This document shows positions 1 through 9,371 of a DNA stretch of 64,000 bases, in pieces. The notes under the pieces are model-generated. The model saw only the letters and a program-made list of their open reading frames with translations, was not told the DNA's origin and did no database searches. Position numbers and translations under genes: made by a program. Position 1 is the first letter of the stretch. Every line of letters begins with the position of its first letter. The DNA is from Syntrophales bacterium. GTDB taxonomy: Bacteria; Desulfobacterota; Syntrophia; Syntrophales; UBA2210. The stretch covers positions 2,560,001 to 2,624,000 of the forward strand of contig CAXXKT010000001.1 in NCBI GenBank assembly GCA_963662405.2, in the 5' to 3' direction.

Positions 1-80
1 GGCACGGAGGAGTGAACCGCGAAGGTAGGGACTACGGATACTATGTCCACGTGTCTGTGCCCGCTGATTCCTCTTCATCC

Positions 81-1718
81 TCACATGGCGGCCCGCATGA
101 CGGGGTAGCCGTCGTTGCCGGACAGTTCCGCCTCTTTCATTGCCAGGTATGCGTCAAAGTCCGTCATCACATCGATGATGCCGTCCGGAGTAAATTCGAT
201 AATCCTGTTTGCCACGGTGGAGACGAACTGATGGTCATGAGAGGTGAAGAGTACCACCTCGGGAAAGGCCGTCAGGGCGTTGTTCAGGGAGGTGATCGAC
301 TCAAGATCGAGGTGGTTGGTCGGCTCGTCAAGGATGAGGACGTTGGCGTCTGCGAGCATCATCCGGGAGAGCATGCAGCGCACCCGCTCGCCGCCGGAGA
401 GGACGGAGGTCTTCTTCATTGCTTCCTCCCCGGAAAACAGCATCTTTCCCAGGAACCCCCGGACGAAACTTTCATGCTCCTGCGGGGGAGCATACTGGCG
501 CAGCCAGCCGACAAGATCGAGCTCCTCATTACTGAAATAGGCGGCGTTTTCTTTCGGAAAATAGGCGCTACGGATGGTCACGCCCCAGCGGAAGCTCCCT
601 TTGTCCGGTTCGGTTTCCCCGGCCAGGATCTGGAACAGGGTAGTTTTTGCCAGGCTGCCCTCACCGACGAAGGCGATCTTGTCACCCTTGTTGACGGTGA
701 GGGTGAGGTTCTCAAACAGGGGAACACCGTCGACTGTCTTGGAAAGACCCTCAATTACTAGGATGACGTCACCACAGGGCCGTTCGGGTGTGAAGGTGAT
801 ATAGGGATATTTCCGGGAGGAAATCGGCATGTTCTCGATGGTGAGCTTGTCGAGCAGCTTCTTGCGTGAAGTGGCCTGCCTGGCCTTGGAGGCGTTTGAA
901 CTGAAGCGCCGGATGAACTCCTTGAGTTCTTCCGCCTTGGCCTGTGCCTTCTTCCCCTCGCTTTCTTTTTGGCGGAAATGGAGCTGGCTGGCCTGATACC
1001 AGAAGTCATAATTGCCTGCGTAGACCAGGATCTTACCGTAATCGATATCCGCCACGTGGGTGCAGACCTGGTTCAGGAAATGCCGGTCATGGGAGACAAT
1101 GATTACCGTGTTCTGGAAGCGGGAAAGAAAGTCTTCCAACCAGGTGATGGTCCTCAGATCCAACTGGTTGGTGGGCTCATCCAGTAGAAGGATATCGGGG
1201 TTGCCGAAGAGGGCCTGGGCCAGCAGGACCCTTACCTTATCGCTGCCGTCAAGCTCCTTCATCATTTTCTGACGCATCTCTTCCGGGATGCCGAGGCCGT
1301 TCAACAGGACGGCGGCCTCCGCCTCCGCCTCATAGCCGTTCATCTCACCGAACTTCGCCTCCAGTTCTCCGGAGCGGATGCCGTCTTCTTCGGTAAAATC
1401 GGCCTTTGAATAGATGGCCTCGCGCTCGGCCATGATCTTGAAGAGTTTTCTGTGTCCCATGATCACGGTATTGAAAACGGTCTGTTCGTCGAAGGCGAAC
1501 TGGTCTTGGCTGAGCACGGCAATGCGTTCCCCCCGTCCCTTGGTAATCTCGCCGCTGTCCGGATCAAGCTGGTCTGACAGGATCTTCAAAAAGGTGGATT
1601 TTCCGGCACCGTTTGCACCGATCAGGCCGTAGCAGTTGCCGGGAGCGAACTTAATGTTGACGTTCTTAAAGATAACCCTCTTGCCGTACGAGAGGGAGAT
1701 ATTCGATGCGGTTATCAT
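81..1718 (-). CDS. ABC-F family ribosome-associated ATPase (YbiT/YkpA-like)
   Basis: 545 aa, two ABC domains (GANGAGKST, LLLDEPTNQLD; LSGGE, LILDEPTNHLD), linker FIRRFSSNASKARQATSRKK, no TM segments. Confidence 0.9.
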   Translation of the reverse strand: MITASNISLSYGKRVIFKNVNIKFAPGNCYGLIGANGAGKSTFLKILSDQLDPDSGEITKGRGERIAVLSQDQFAFDEQTVFNTVIMGHRKLFKIMAEREAIYSKADFTEEDGIRSGELEAKFGEMNGYEAEAEAAVLLNGLGIPEEMRQKMMKELDGSDKVRVLLAQALFGNPDILLLDEPTNQLDLRTITWLEDFLSRFQNTVIIVSHDRHFLNQVCTHVADIDYGKILVYAGNYDFWYQASQLHFRQKESEGKKAQAKAEELKEFIRRFSSNASKARQATSRKKLLDKLTIENMPISSRKYPYITFTPERPCGDVILVIEGLSKTVDGVPLFENLTLTVNKGDKIAFVGEGSLAKTTLFQILAGETEPDKGSFRWGVTIRSAYFPKENAAYFSNEELDLVGWLRQYAPPQEHESFVRGFLGKMLFSGEEAMKKTSVLSGGERVRCMLSRMMLADANVLILDEPTNHLDLESITSLNNALTAFPEVVLFTSHDHQFVSTVANRIIEFTPDGIIDVMTDFDAYLAMKEAELSGNDGYPVMRAAM

Positions 1719-1860
1719 GGTCGAGTCCTTATAACAAAAGCCGCGAGTGAAATTCCCGTGGCACAGAGTCGTTTTATTTCGGGTAAGAAAATAGGTTGCA
1801 AGGTCCCCTCGTACGGGGAAGCGCGTTCACGAAATTGGTTCCCTACAAATAATCAAGGGG

Positions 1861-2004
1861 TTAATCTTCTTGTGGAAGGGAGGTATCCTCTTCAACGGCT
1901 GGAGCTTCACGTTTCTCCAATTTGCGCTGCCTTTTTTCCTCTTTCTTCTTTTTTTTCGCCAGCTCTTTCTGTCGCTTCTGGAATGAATAATTTGGTCTGC
2001 CCAA
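1861..2004 (-). CDS. Small Lys/Arg/Glu-rich protein, 47 aa (MGRPNYSFQKRQKELAKKKKKEEKRQRKLEKREAPAVEEDTSLPQED); not in the ORF track
   Basis: Hand translation: AAGGAGG RBS 5 nt before TTG at 2004, TAA at 1861-1863. Confidence 0.7.
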   Translation of the reverse strand: MGRPNYSFQKRQKELAKKKKKEEKRQRKLEKREAPAVEEDTSLPQED

Positions 2005-2051
2005 TATTCCCTCCTTCTGGGTGTTACCGGTTGGCGTGCAAAACTTTTTCC

Positions 2052-2090
2052 AAAAAAAACACCCTGCGATTCAACAAAACCGCAGGGTGT
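2052..2090 (-). terminator. Rho-independent terminator downstream of csp
   Basis: 10-bp stem ACACCCTGCG/CGCAGGGTGT followed by a T run on the minus strand. Confidence 0.8.
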
Positions 2091-2113
2091 ATTCTTTGCG
2101 ATGTCGCGACTGC

Positions 2114-2314
2114 CTACAGCGCTCTTACATTCGTTGCCGCCGGGCCTTTCTTGCCCTGCTCGATGTCAAAGCTCACGCGCTGACCCTCTTGCAGCGACCT
2201 GAAACCCTCAGACTGAATTGCGCTGTGGTGAACAAAAAGGTCCTTGCCACCATCCATTTCGATGAAACCAAAGCCTTTCCCGTCGTTAAACCATTTAACG
2301 GTGCCTTCTGCCAT
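2114..2314 (-). CDS. csp: Cold-shock protein (CspA family)
   Basis: 66 aa, [15 protein letters not shown] (RNP1), LFVHHSAI (RNP2); AAAGGAGG RBS. Confidence 0.97.
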   Translation of the reverse strand: MAEGTVKWFNDGKGFGFIEMDGGKDLFVHHSAIQSEGFRSLQEGQRVSFDIEQGKKGPAATNVRAL

Positions 2315-2505
2315 AATATGCTTCCTCCTTTCTCCAGTTTTTCAAAGTCGGATTTCCATTATGACTGAAGAAAAAAAGGCCGCCAAGAATACAAATCAGC
2401 GATGGCGACCAATCTTTACACTTCAAAATGTCTTTCTCCAACTTGCGATGCGTCTATCTATAGCGTTTGAGAAGGTATGTCAAGAAATATTATTCATTCA
2501 CCCTA

Positions 2506-3393
2506 TTATTCACCCGGTTCCAGGTGTGTGACGACATCCAATACCCGCGGTCCCTTTTCAAGGAGGGCCTTCTTGACCGTTTCGGAGATGTCATGTCCTG
2601 AACTGACGGAGATAGCCGGGTCAACGAGTATGTGGAGGTCGACATAAAGGCTCTCTCCATATTTACGGGTCCGTATCGCATGCACGTCTTTGACCCCTTT
2701 GATATCCGTCGCTATTTTCCTGATCTGGGCGCGCTCATTCTCTGATGCCCCGTGGTCGGCGAGTTCCGCCAGTGAGGGCCGCAAAATATCCCAGGACACC
2801 TTCAGAATAAAGACGGAGATGATGAGTGCGCCGAGGTGATCTACGAAGAACCACGCCGGGTTTATTGTGGCCATCACCACGGCTATGATGGCCGGTATCG
2901 AACTTAATGCATCCGAGCGGTGGTGCCAAGCATTCGCGACAACAGCGGTGGATCGTACCCGCGTTCCCACGATGATGGTCCAGTGGTAAAGGATCTCCTT
3001 GAGCACAATTGAGAGGAGGGGGCCGATAAGGGCTATCCAGGTCGTTTGCCTGGCGTGCGGCTGACTGAGGGCGCATACGGCCTTATACCCCAGTCCGAAC
3101 GCGACGGAAACGAGGGCAAGGCCGATCAGAGCGGTGATAATCGCCTCGATCCGCCCGTGCCCGTATGGATGATCATCATCAGGTGGTGCTGACCAGTATT
3201 GAACCCCCAGGATGACCGAAAAATCGGTAGCCAGATCCGATAGGCTGTGAACGGCGTCTGCAATAACCGCTTGGCTGGAGCCTATCGTCCCGACGGCGAA
3301 TTTAACCGCAGCCAAAGCGACATTGACGATGCATCCTATCCAGGTGACTTTCTTGATTTGCCTGGTTTGAATTTCTGAAATCTCCGGTCGCAT
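2506..3393 (-). CDS. Cation diffusion facilitator family transporter (FieF-like)
   Basis: ADAVHSLSD, HPYGHGRIE, AWHHRSD motifs; TM helices and C-terminal dimerisation domain. Confidence 0.93.
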   Translation of the reverse strand: MRPEISEIQTRQIKKVTWIGCIVNVALAAVKFAVGTIGSSQAVIADAVHSLSDLATDFSVILGVQYWSAPPDDDHPYGHGRIEAIITALIGLALVSVAFGLGYKAVCALSQPHARQTTWIALIGPLLSIVLKEILYHWTIIVGTRVRSTAVVANAWHHRSDALSSIPAIIAVVMATINPAWFFVDHLGALIISVFILKVSWDILRPSLAELADHGASENERAQIRKIATDIKGVKDVHAIRTRKYGESLYVDLHILVDPAISVSSGHDISETVKKALLEKGPRVLDVVTHLEPGE

Positions 3394-3695
3394 CTGATAT
3401 TCATGCCCCTCTGCCCTGGGATTTGATCCGCTGACACCATGGTTACCTTGTGTCGATACTACGCATCATATGGCACCGATTGTCAAGATTTTTGAGGACC
3501 GAAGAACCTTTGTGTCTCTGACTTGGTTATTCCTGCTCAAAGACAGGCGAAACAAAGGGATTGCCGGGTAAATTCCCTTTCAAAATACGCCAAAAGGTGT
3601 ATTGACCGGGGACCGAAATGTTGTCATCTTAGATTCAAATGAAGGCGTGGTTTCCAGGTTTCCAGTTTCGTGTTTTGAGAGAGAGGAGACAGGTA

Positions 3696-4022
3696 ATGGT
3701 CATCGTGACAACCGTATCATTCGGGAAGAGAAGCATGTATGAGACACAGAGCAGTCTCGGAGCATTTCCTCCTGTCCCCCATTATATCAACATGATGGGT
3801 CCCTATATCAAGAACGTCAAATCCGGTGGAGGAATTGAGACCATTTACCTCTTTGAATTTGATGAATCACACTTGAATAAGGTACGAGATTTTATCAATG
3901 AGCGGATGGAGATTTACAATAAAATAGCCGATCTATCCTACTCTGTAGACCTCTGGCTCGACCTTGACGATATCCGTGGCATGACCGGGTTGGAGACATC
4001 TCAACCCTATGCGTCTGCGTAG
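3696..4022 (+). CDS. Hypothetical protein (~108 aa)
   Basis: ORF with GAGGAG RBS before ATG 3696 (track starts at 3639); no recognised motif. Confidence 0.6.
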   Translation: MVIVTTVSFGKRSMYETQSSLGAFPPVPHYINMMGPYIKNVKSGGGIETIYLFEFDESHLNKVRDFINERMEIYNKIADLSYSVDLWLDLDDIRGMTGLETSQPYASA

Positions 4023-4228
4023 CGTTCCCGCCCCCCTGTTCGATCCGCTTGCAGGGGCATCATTGTTCTGTCGATAATCTTAATAATCGTTGACAAGAAT
4101 CATATCCTGCAATAAGTAGGGCGCTTGATTTATCCTACGGATTGTGATTGTCGTGTGTGGTTGGAACGACGATCTGGGGTTGATCGAACAGGGCAGAGTG
4201 TGTCAGGTGACGGAAGGGAGATATATTT

Positions 4229-4903
4229 TTGACGGGAACACTAGTCAATACGGGGGCGATCATTGCCGGAAGTCTGATCGGTATCTCCGTGGGGAAACAC
4301 CTCCCCGAGAGAATCAAGACGATCATGGTCCAGGCGCTTGGCCTTTCGGTTCTCCTGGTGGGCATCAAGATGGCCCTCGATGTCACCGACCTGATCGTTA
4401 CCATCGGCTGCATGCTCCTCGGTGCGGTCACCGGGGAGCTGATCAGGATCGAGTACTGGATCGAGCGCCTTGGCGAGTGGCTCAAGGATCGGACCAGCTC
4501 GAATTCATCGACCTTTGCCGAGGGTTTTATGTCCGCCTCCGTTCTCTATCTGACCGGGGCGATGATGATCGTTGGCTCCATCCAGGACGGGACGGTCGGT
4601 GATCCGACCACCCTCTATGTGAAGTCTCTCCTTGACGGCGTCATCTCGATTCCCCTCGCGTCGGGCCTGGGGATCGGGGTCGGCTTCTCGGCACTCTCCG
4701 TCTTTGTCGTCCAGGGGAGTCTTACCCTCCTCGCCGGGCACCTGCTCTTCATGCAGGACCCCGTTGTCCTGAACGCCGTCACCGCCACCGGCGGTCTGCT
4801 TATCATCGGGATCGGTACCAACCTCTTGCAGGTCACCAAGATATCGATAGGGAACTTCCTGCCCGCCATCATCTATGCCATTATCTGGACCGTTATCATG
4901 TAA
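4229..4903 (+). CDS. DUF554 (YqgA/YdfK-like) membrane protein
   Basis: GTLVNTGAIIAGSLIG start, GAMMIVGSIQDG, KSLLDG; hydrophobic throughout. Confidence 0.88.
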   Translation: MTGTLVNTGAIIAGSLIGISVGKHLPERIKTIMVQALGLSVLLVGIKMALDVTDLIVTIGCMLLGAVTGELIRIEYWIERLGEWLKDRTSSNSSTFAEGFMSASVLYLTGAMMIVGSIQDGTVGDPTTLYVKSLLDGVISIPLASGLGIGVGFSALSVFVVQGSLTLLAGHLLFMQDPVVLNAVTATGGLLIIGIGTNLLQVTKISIGNFLPAIIYAIIWTVIM

Positions 4904-4915
4904 AGGGGGATACAA

Positions 4916-5983
4916 ATGGAGATAGGACTGATCGGTCTGCCCAATGCCGGTAAGACGACGATATTCAACGCGCTGACCGGACGAGCGGAAGAGGTGACGA
5001 CCTATACGGACACCACCGCAAAGCCGAATCTTGCGGTGGTCGATGTGATCGACGAGCGGATCACCCGCCTCTCGGAGATGTATCGGCCGAAGAAGACGAC
5101 GTATGCGACGGTCCAACTCGTCGATTTCGTGGGGCTGGCGCGTGATGCGGAGGGGAAGGTCTCCTTTCCGGATGCCTCGATCGGTTTGATGCGCACGGTG
5201 GACACCCTTGCCCTGGTGGTGAGAAACTTTGATGATATTCGGGGGGAGGCCCCCTCGCCGCTGGAGGATATCGAACAGGTGGAGACGGAGCTTGTCATCT
5301 CCGATCTGATCGTCTGCGAGCGGCGTCTGGAGAAGATCGCTCTGGGCAATAAACGGGGGCAGAAGACCCCCGCATCCCAACTTGAAGAAACGATTCTCAC
5401 CCGGATTCAGGAGTGCCTGAACGATGGGGGGAGGGTATCAAACCTCGAACTCGGAAAGGACGAGAAGAAACTGATCAGCGGGTTCCAGTTCCTGACGGAG
5501 AAGCCCCTCCTGGTCGTCCTCAATTCGGGTGAGGGCACCTTCGGGAACAATCGCGAACTCCTGGAGGAGATCCGGAAGACCCATGCCGTGGTTGAATTCG
5601 CCGGGACCTTCGAGATGGAGCTGTCTCGGCTGGATGATGAGGAAAAACAGTTTTTTATGGAAGACTTGGGGGTCGAGGAGTCTGCCTGTGGACGACTGAC
5701 GCGCTCGGCCTACGAGATCTCCAGTTCCATCAGTTATTTTACCGTCGGGACGGATGAGGTCCGGGCATGGAATATCCGCGAAGGGCAGACCGCCGTGGAG
5801 GCCGCGGGGGTGATCCATTCCGATCTCGCCCGGGGATTTATCCGGGCGGAATGTTTCTCCTATGATGACCTGATCGCCTGCGGTTCCGAAAAAGAGGTTC
5901 ACGACAAGGGGCGTTTCCGCCTCGAGGGAAAAGACTATATCGTGAAAGACGGGGATATCCTTGCCATCCGGTTTAGTGTATAA
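4916..5983 (+). CDS. ychF: YchF/Ola1-family ATPase (Obg-like with TGS domain)
   Basis: GLPNAGKTTIFNALT, YFTVGTDEVRAW, AGVIHSDLARGFIRAE, EGKDYIVKDGD. Confidence 0.92.
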   Translation: MEIGLIGLPNAGKTTIFNALTGRAEEVTTYTDTTAKPNLAVVDVIDERITRLSEMYRPKKTTYATVQLVDFVGLARDAEGKVSFPDASIGLMRTVDTLALVVRNFDDIRGEAPSPLEDIEQVETELVISDLIVCERRLEKIALGNKRGQKTPASQLEETILTRIQECLNDGGRVSNLELGKDEKKLISGFQFLTEKPLLVVLNSGEGTFGNNRELLEEIRKTHAVVEFAGTFEMELSRLDDEEKQFFMEDLGVEESACGRLTRSAYEISSSISYFTVGTDEVRAWNIREGQTAVEAAGVIHSDLARGFIRAECFSYDDLIACGSEKEVHDKGRFRLEGKDYIVKDGDILAIRFSV

Positions 5984-6049
5984 TCCACCCGTTTCGAATT
6001 CCGGTACTGTCTCACTTTCTTTTTTGCTCCAGAAGGGCCGGGTACAACG

Positions 6050-7969
6050 ATGAACGGGCGCTTTCGCATAGGATGGCTGATGTTCTGTGCCACCGTTGTC
6101 TTCATGAATCCGGGCATTACCCTGATGCCCCATGGCGGTGTTTCTCACGCTGCGGGGAACCCCCCGCCGATTATTACACCGATACAACAGCCCGAGGTCA
6201 AACAATCGGCACCGGGCAGTTCCCAGCCGGTGGTCGTTCCCTCCCGTGAGGGACCGTTCTATGCCGTGCAGGCGGCCGCCTGCCGCCGGGAAGAAAACGC
6301 CCGGATCATCATGCAAAAACTGGAGGGGAGGGGATACGAACCGATCCTCTATTCGTGGGCGGACTCGGCGGGAGACGCGTGGCACTCGGTGTTTCTCGGC
6401 CTCTGTGACACTGCCGCCGAGGCTGAGACCGTTGCGCGGCGATACCGCGAAGCGGAGGGAACGGCCGGCTTTATCAAGGTGCTCGACCGGTATGTCCCGG
6501 TGGTGGCTGCGGCACCCGTGACCCACCTCCCCGAACCGCCGTCCCGTCAACCTCAAGTGACGGCTGATCCGAGGCAGGGAAAGACGGCACCGGCCGCCCG
6601 CGATCCGAAAGCCGTTGAGACGGCGGAAGAAGAAAACACCGGCCCGGAGTTTTCCTGTAGCGGTTTTGTCGAGCTCGAGAGTTTCGTCAACACGGGAAAG
6701 GCGGGGAGTGCCAAGGTCAAGAACAAAAAGAACGAGATCCGAAACCGTCTCCGGATACGGTATGGAACCGAGAGCCTCTATCTCTATTCCGTCTCGAACC
6801 TCTATCTTTTCCAGACCTATATGAATGGTGATGCGAACGATCGCTACCGCTATGCAAAGAGACAGGAGGTGTCACGGAACCTGAGGCTTTCCGAGGAAGA
6901 GAGCGAGCTGTCCTTTGATGAACTCTACCTCAACTACGGCGGAAAACATTTCAGACTGCGCGCGGGGAATCAGATATACGCCTGGGGGACGGCAGATGCC
7001 TTCAACCCGACGGCATACTTCAACCCGTCCGACATGCGGGAGATGCTCTTTCGGGACGACGATGAAGAGAAGGCGGGGGTCCCCTCCCTTTCCGGGATGT
7101 TTTTCTTGGGCGACTGGACCCTGGAGACCGTTCTCGTCCCCGTGCATGTCCCCCCGATTATGCCGGTGGAAGGGGACTTCTGGTCCCTCGCGATTGACAA
7201 TACGCTCCTGCCGGTCGTCTTCGATGAACCGGACACCCTCAGTTTCGGTGCCGACCATGTCGGGTACGGCGCCCGGCTCTCGACCAGTTTTGGGAGTGTC
7301 GATATGTCAGTGAGCGGATACTACGGACCGGACAGGAACCTCCTCTTTATCCCTTATGAGGTCACCTTTGACGGCTTTACCCCCGTCTGTCTCCGGATCA
7401 GGCCGCAGTCCTTTATGGTGACGATGTTCGGATTCGACCTCTCGGCGGTCCTGGGCGATGTCGTTGTCCAGGTTGAGGCGGTCTATTCGCCCGACAAGGT
7501 GGGGGTCGTCGAGCAGCGGACCACCAATCTCATGAGCGTGACCCTCCCCTTCGAGACGGACCGGGCGCATTATGTCTCCTACTCCGTCGGATTCAACTAT
7601 TTTATCCCCCTCGATACTCTGATAGAGGGACACACGGGGGATACAGTCTTCACCGCCGAGTGGTACACGGCGCAGTATCTGGAAGGGGGGATCTACACCC
7701 CGTATATCACCAATATCCTGAGCTGCAAGTTCCAGGACAGTTACTTCGACGGCCGTTTTAAGACGACCGTCAAGGGGATCTTCGATACGAGACACGGGGG
7801 AAAGATCTTCTGGCCCGAGATCAGGTATGACTTCCAGAACGGATTCCTCATCGAGCTCGGCTATGCCGCCATCTGGGGGGATAGGGGCGATTCATGGGAA
7901 GACGATTCGCTCTTCTCCTATTTCGAGGATAATGATGTGGTCATGATGAAGGTTCGCTACCAGTACTGA
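6050..7969 (+). CDS. Exported protein: SPOR peptidoglycan-binding domain, Pro/Ala linker and putative outer-membrane beta-barrel (DUF1302-like)
   Basis: Signal-peptide-like N-terminus; SPOR pattern YAVQAAAC..EENA....L...GY...W.SVFLG....AEAE; barrel-like ELYLNY..LRAGNQIYAWGTADAFNPT; aromatic C-terminus KVRYQY. Confidence 0.7.
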   Translation: MNGRFRIGWLMFCATVVFMNPGITLMPHGGVSHAAGNPPPIITPIQQPEVKQSAPGSSQPVVVPSREGPFYAVQAAACRREENARIIMQKLEGRGYEPILYSWADSAGDAWHSVFLGLCDTAAEAETVARRYREAEGTAGFIKVLDRYVPVVAAAPVTHLPEPPSRQPQVTADPRQGKTAPAARDPKAVETAEEENTGPEFSCSGFVELESFVNTGKAGSAKVKNKKNEIRNRLRIRYGTESLYLYSVSNLYLFQTYMNGDANDRYRYAKRQEVSRNLRLSEEESELSFDELYLNYGGKHFRLRAGNQIYAWGTADAFNPTAYFNPSDMREMLFRDDDEEKAGVPSLSGMFFLGDWTLETVLVPVHVPPIMPVEGDFWSLAIDNTLLPVVFDEPDTLSFGADHVGYGARLSTSFGSVDMSVSGYYGPDRNLLFIPYEVTFDGFTPVCLRIRPQSFMVTMFGFDLSAVLGDVVVQVEAVYSPDKVGVVEQRTTNLMSVTLPFETDRAHYVSYSVGFNYFIPLDTLIEGHTGDTVFTAEWYTAQYLEGGIYTPYITNILSCKFQDSYFDGRFKTTVKGIFDTRHGGKIFWPEIRYDFQNGFLIELGYAAIWGDRGDSWEDDSLFSYFEDNDVVMMKVRYQY

Positions 7970-7994
7970 CCGTTTCATTCAAAAAGGAGGAATG

Positions 7995-8004
7995 ATAAAA
8001 AGTC
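7995..8004. repeat. Left sub-terminal inverted repeat of the IS
   Basis: ATAAAAAGTC is the exact reverse complement of 9362-9371; imperfect extension TTCATG/CATGAA. Confidence 0.85.
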
Positions 8005-8014
8005 TTCATGAGCT

Positions 8015-8187
8015 GTGAATTGGGATACACTGTTTGAAACTTTATAGTTTTGGGCAGCAAGGCTACTGTTCGACATGTTTACTGGTCTTCGAGACCGCAA
8101 AGGAGAATGAAGAGCTGTAGCCGCAACATTCAATGATCTTCGAGATCGAATAGGAGATTGGGACCAATTCACCTGACAGGCGCTGTC
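8015..8187 (+). ncRNA. Putative bridge RNA/seekRNA of the IS110 element
   Basis: Closing stem GTGAATTGG (8015-8023)/CCAATTCAC (8164-8172); stem GGCTAC/GTAGCC; two internal loops each capped by a TCTTCGAGA hairpin; loop arms match the target and the donor junction. Confidence 0.8.
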
Positions 8188-8208
8188 CAAGATGTGAGGA
8201 GGCGTTCT

Positions 8209-9321
8209 ATGAAGATGAGTATCGGGGTTGACCTTCACAAGACGCAGTTTACCGTTTGTTGTTTGAGTGAAGATCGGAGTGTTCAGGAGTCGGGCATCTA
8301 CCCGACGACTGATCGAGGTTACCGGGCATTTATCATGAAGGTGTCCAACTGGAATGAGGGCGGTTACGAGGTCACGGCAGCGGTGGAATCAACAGGGAAC
8401 ACCCGACACTTTCGCAACCGGTTTTTGAAGGCGGGGATTGAGGTCAAGATAGTGAACACCTTGAAATTCAAGGTTGTAAATGAGTCAGTAAAAAAGACTG
8501 ACAAGCATGATTCCCGCACATTGGCTGAGTTTCTTGAGAAAGATATGCTTCCCGAGTCCATTCTTTGTTCGCAGGAAAGCGAGGACATTCGAAGGCTTCT
8601 CAAGTCACGTTCTGTTCTGGTGAAAGCTTTGGTATCCTTGAAAAACCAGATACACGGTTTATTGCTTGGATATGGGATAGAGAGTCGGCGGGGACAGCTG
8701 CAGAGCAAAAAAGAAAGGCAGCGAATCCTTGACGGTCTCGCGGACCATAGGAGTTACGGAAACGCTGCCCGAGCGGTAAAACCGCTTCTTGGTACAATAG
8801 ACCAAATTGCATCCGAGGTCAAAGGACTTGAGCGCGTATTATCTGATCTTGTTTCTGAAGACGAGGATGTTGCTCTGTTGCAAACGATTCCTGGCGTTGG
8901 AATAATAACAGCAGCGACGATTCGGGCTTATACCGATGACATCAACCGATATGAGAGCGCCAAGCAGTATGCTGCTCATGCCGGTTTGGTACCATGGGTT
9001 CAAAACTCCAACAAGACCATTCGCCATGGTCATATTACCAAGCGAGGCCCCGTGGAACTGAGGACGGCTTTTGTGCAAATGGTAATGGGGATGCTACGGC
9101 TTCGGAATAAAACCGATGGATATTGGCTTATGTACAAATACAAAGCCATGAAAGAGAACAAGGGAACCGGGAAGAGCGTAATAGCGACGGCGCGAAAGAT
9201 GAGCACTATTGTATATGCCATCTTGAAGAAGGGGGAGCCGTTTGATCCATCGAAAATGCTGCCAGACCCGAAATATGTAGAGATGAGTAAGGTTGCGAGG
9301 TGTTATGCTTTGGCCGTTTAA
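8209..9321 (+). CDS. IS110-family DEDD recombinase/transposase (370 aa)
   Basis: GVDLHK (D), VESTG (E), KTDKHD (D,D); LQTIPGVG; AGLVPWVQNSN (catalytic Ser region); GHITKRG; GAGGAGG RBS before ATG 8209. Confidence 0.95.
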   Translation: MKMSIGVDLHKTQFTVCCLSEDRSVQESGIYPTTDRGYRAFIMKVSNWNEGGYEVTAAVESTGNTRHFRNRFLKAGIEVKIVNTLKFKVVNESVKKTDKHDSRTLAEFLEKDMLPESILCSQESEDIRRLLKSRSVLVKALVSLKNQIHGLLLGYGIESRRGQLQSKKERQRILDGLADHRSYGNAARAVKPLLGTIDQIASEVKGLERVLSDLVSEDEDVALLQTIPGVGIITAATIRAYTDDINRYESAKQYAAHAGLVPWVQNSNKTIRHGHITKRGPVELRTAFVQMVMGMLRLRNKTDGYWLMYKYKAMKENKGTGKSVIATARKMSTIVYAILKKGEPFDPSKMLPDPKYVEMSKVARCYALAV

Positions 9322-9329
9322 ATTTTAAC

Positions 9330-9357
9330 CATGGGCCTGTTTGACAGGCTCTCCATG
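9330..9357 (+). other. Hairpin in the IS right end, just after the transposase stop
   Basis: CATGG-GCCTGT-ttg-ACAGGC-tct-CCATG. Confidence 0.55.
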
Positions 9358-9361
9358 AATT

Positions 9362-9371
9362 GACTTTTTAT
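9362..9371. repeat. Right sub-terminal inverted repeat of the IS
   Basis: GACTTTTTAT, complementary to 7995-8004; overlaps the TTGACT -35-like box. Confidence 0.85.

Noticed and set aside
1758..2183. Plus-strand 141-aa ORF
   Set aside because: Antisense to csp, its terminator and the Lys-rich small ORF
7985..7992. AGGAGGAA at both IS ends as a classical 8-bp target-site duplication
   Set aside because: IS110 recombinases do not make TSDs; shared target/donor sequence explains it, supported by the ATAGGAG and CATTC donor arms
8084..8156. Repeated TCTTCGAGA..AGGAGA unit as a mini-CRISPR or tandem repeat
   Set aside because: Only two short copies, no cas genes; better explained as the two loops of the IS110 guide RNA
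8158..8208. Track start of the transposase at TTG 8158
   Set aside because: It lies inside the predicted RNA; ATG 8209 has a GAGGAGG RBS and places the GVDLHK motif at the usual N-terminal position
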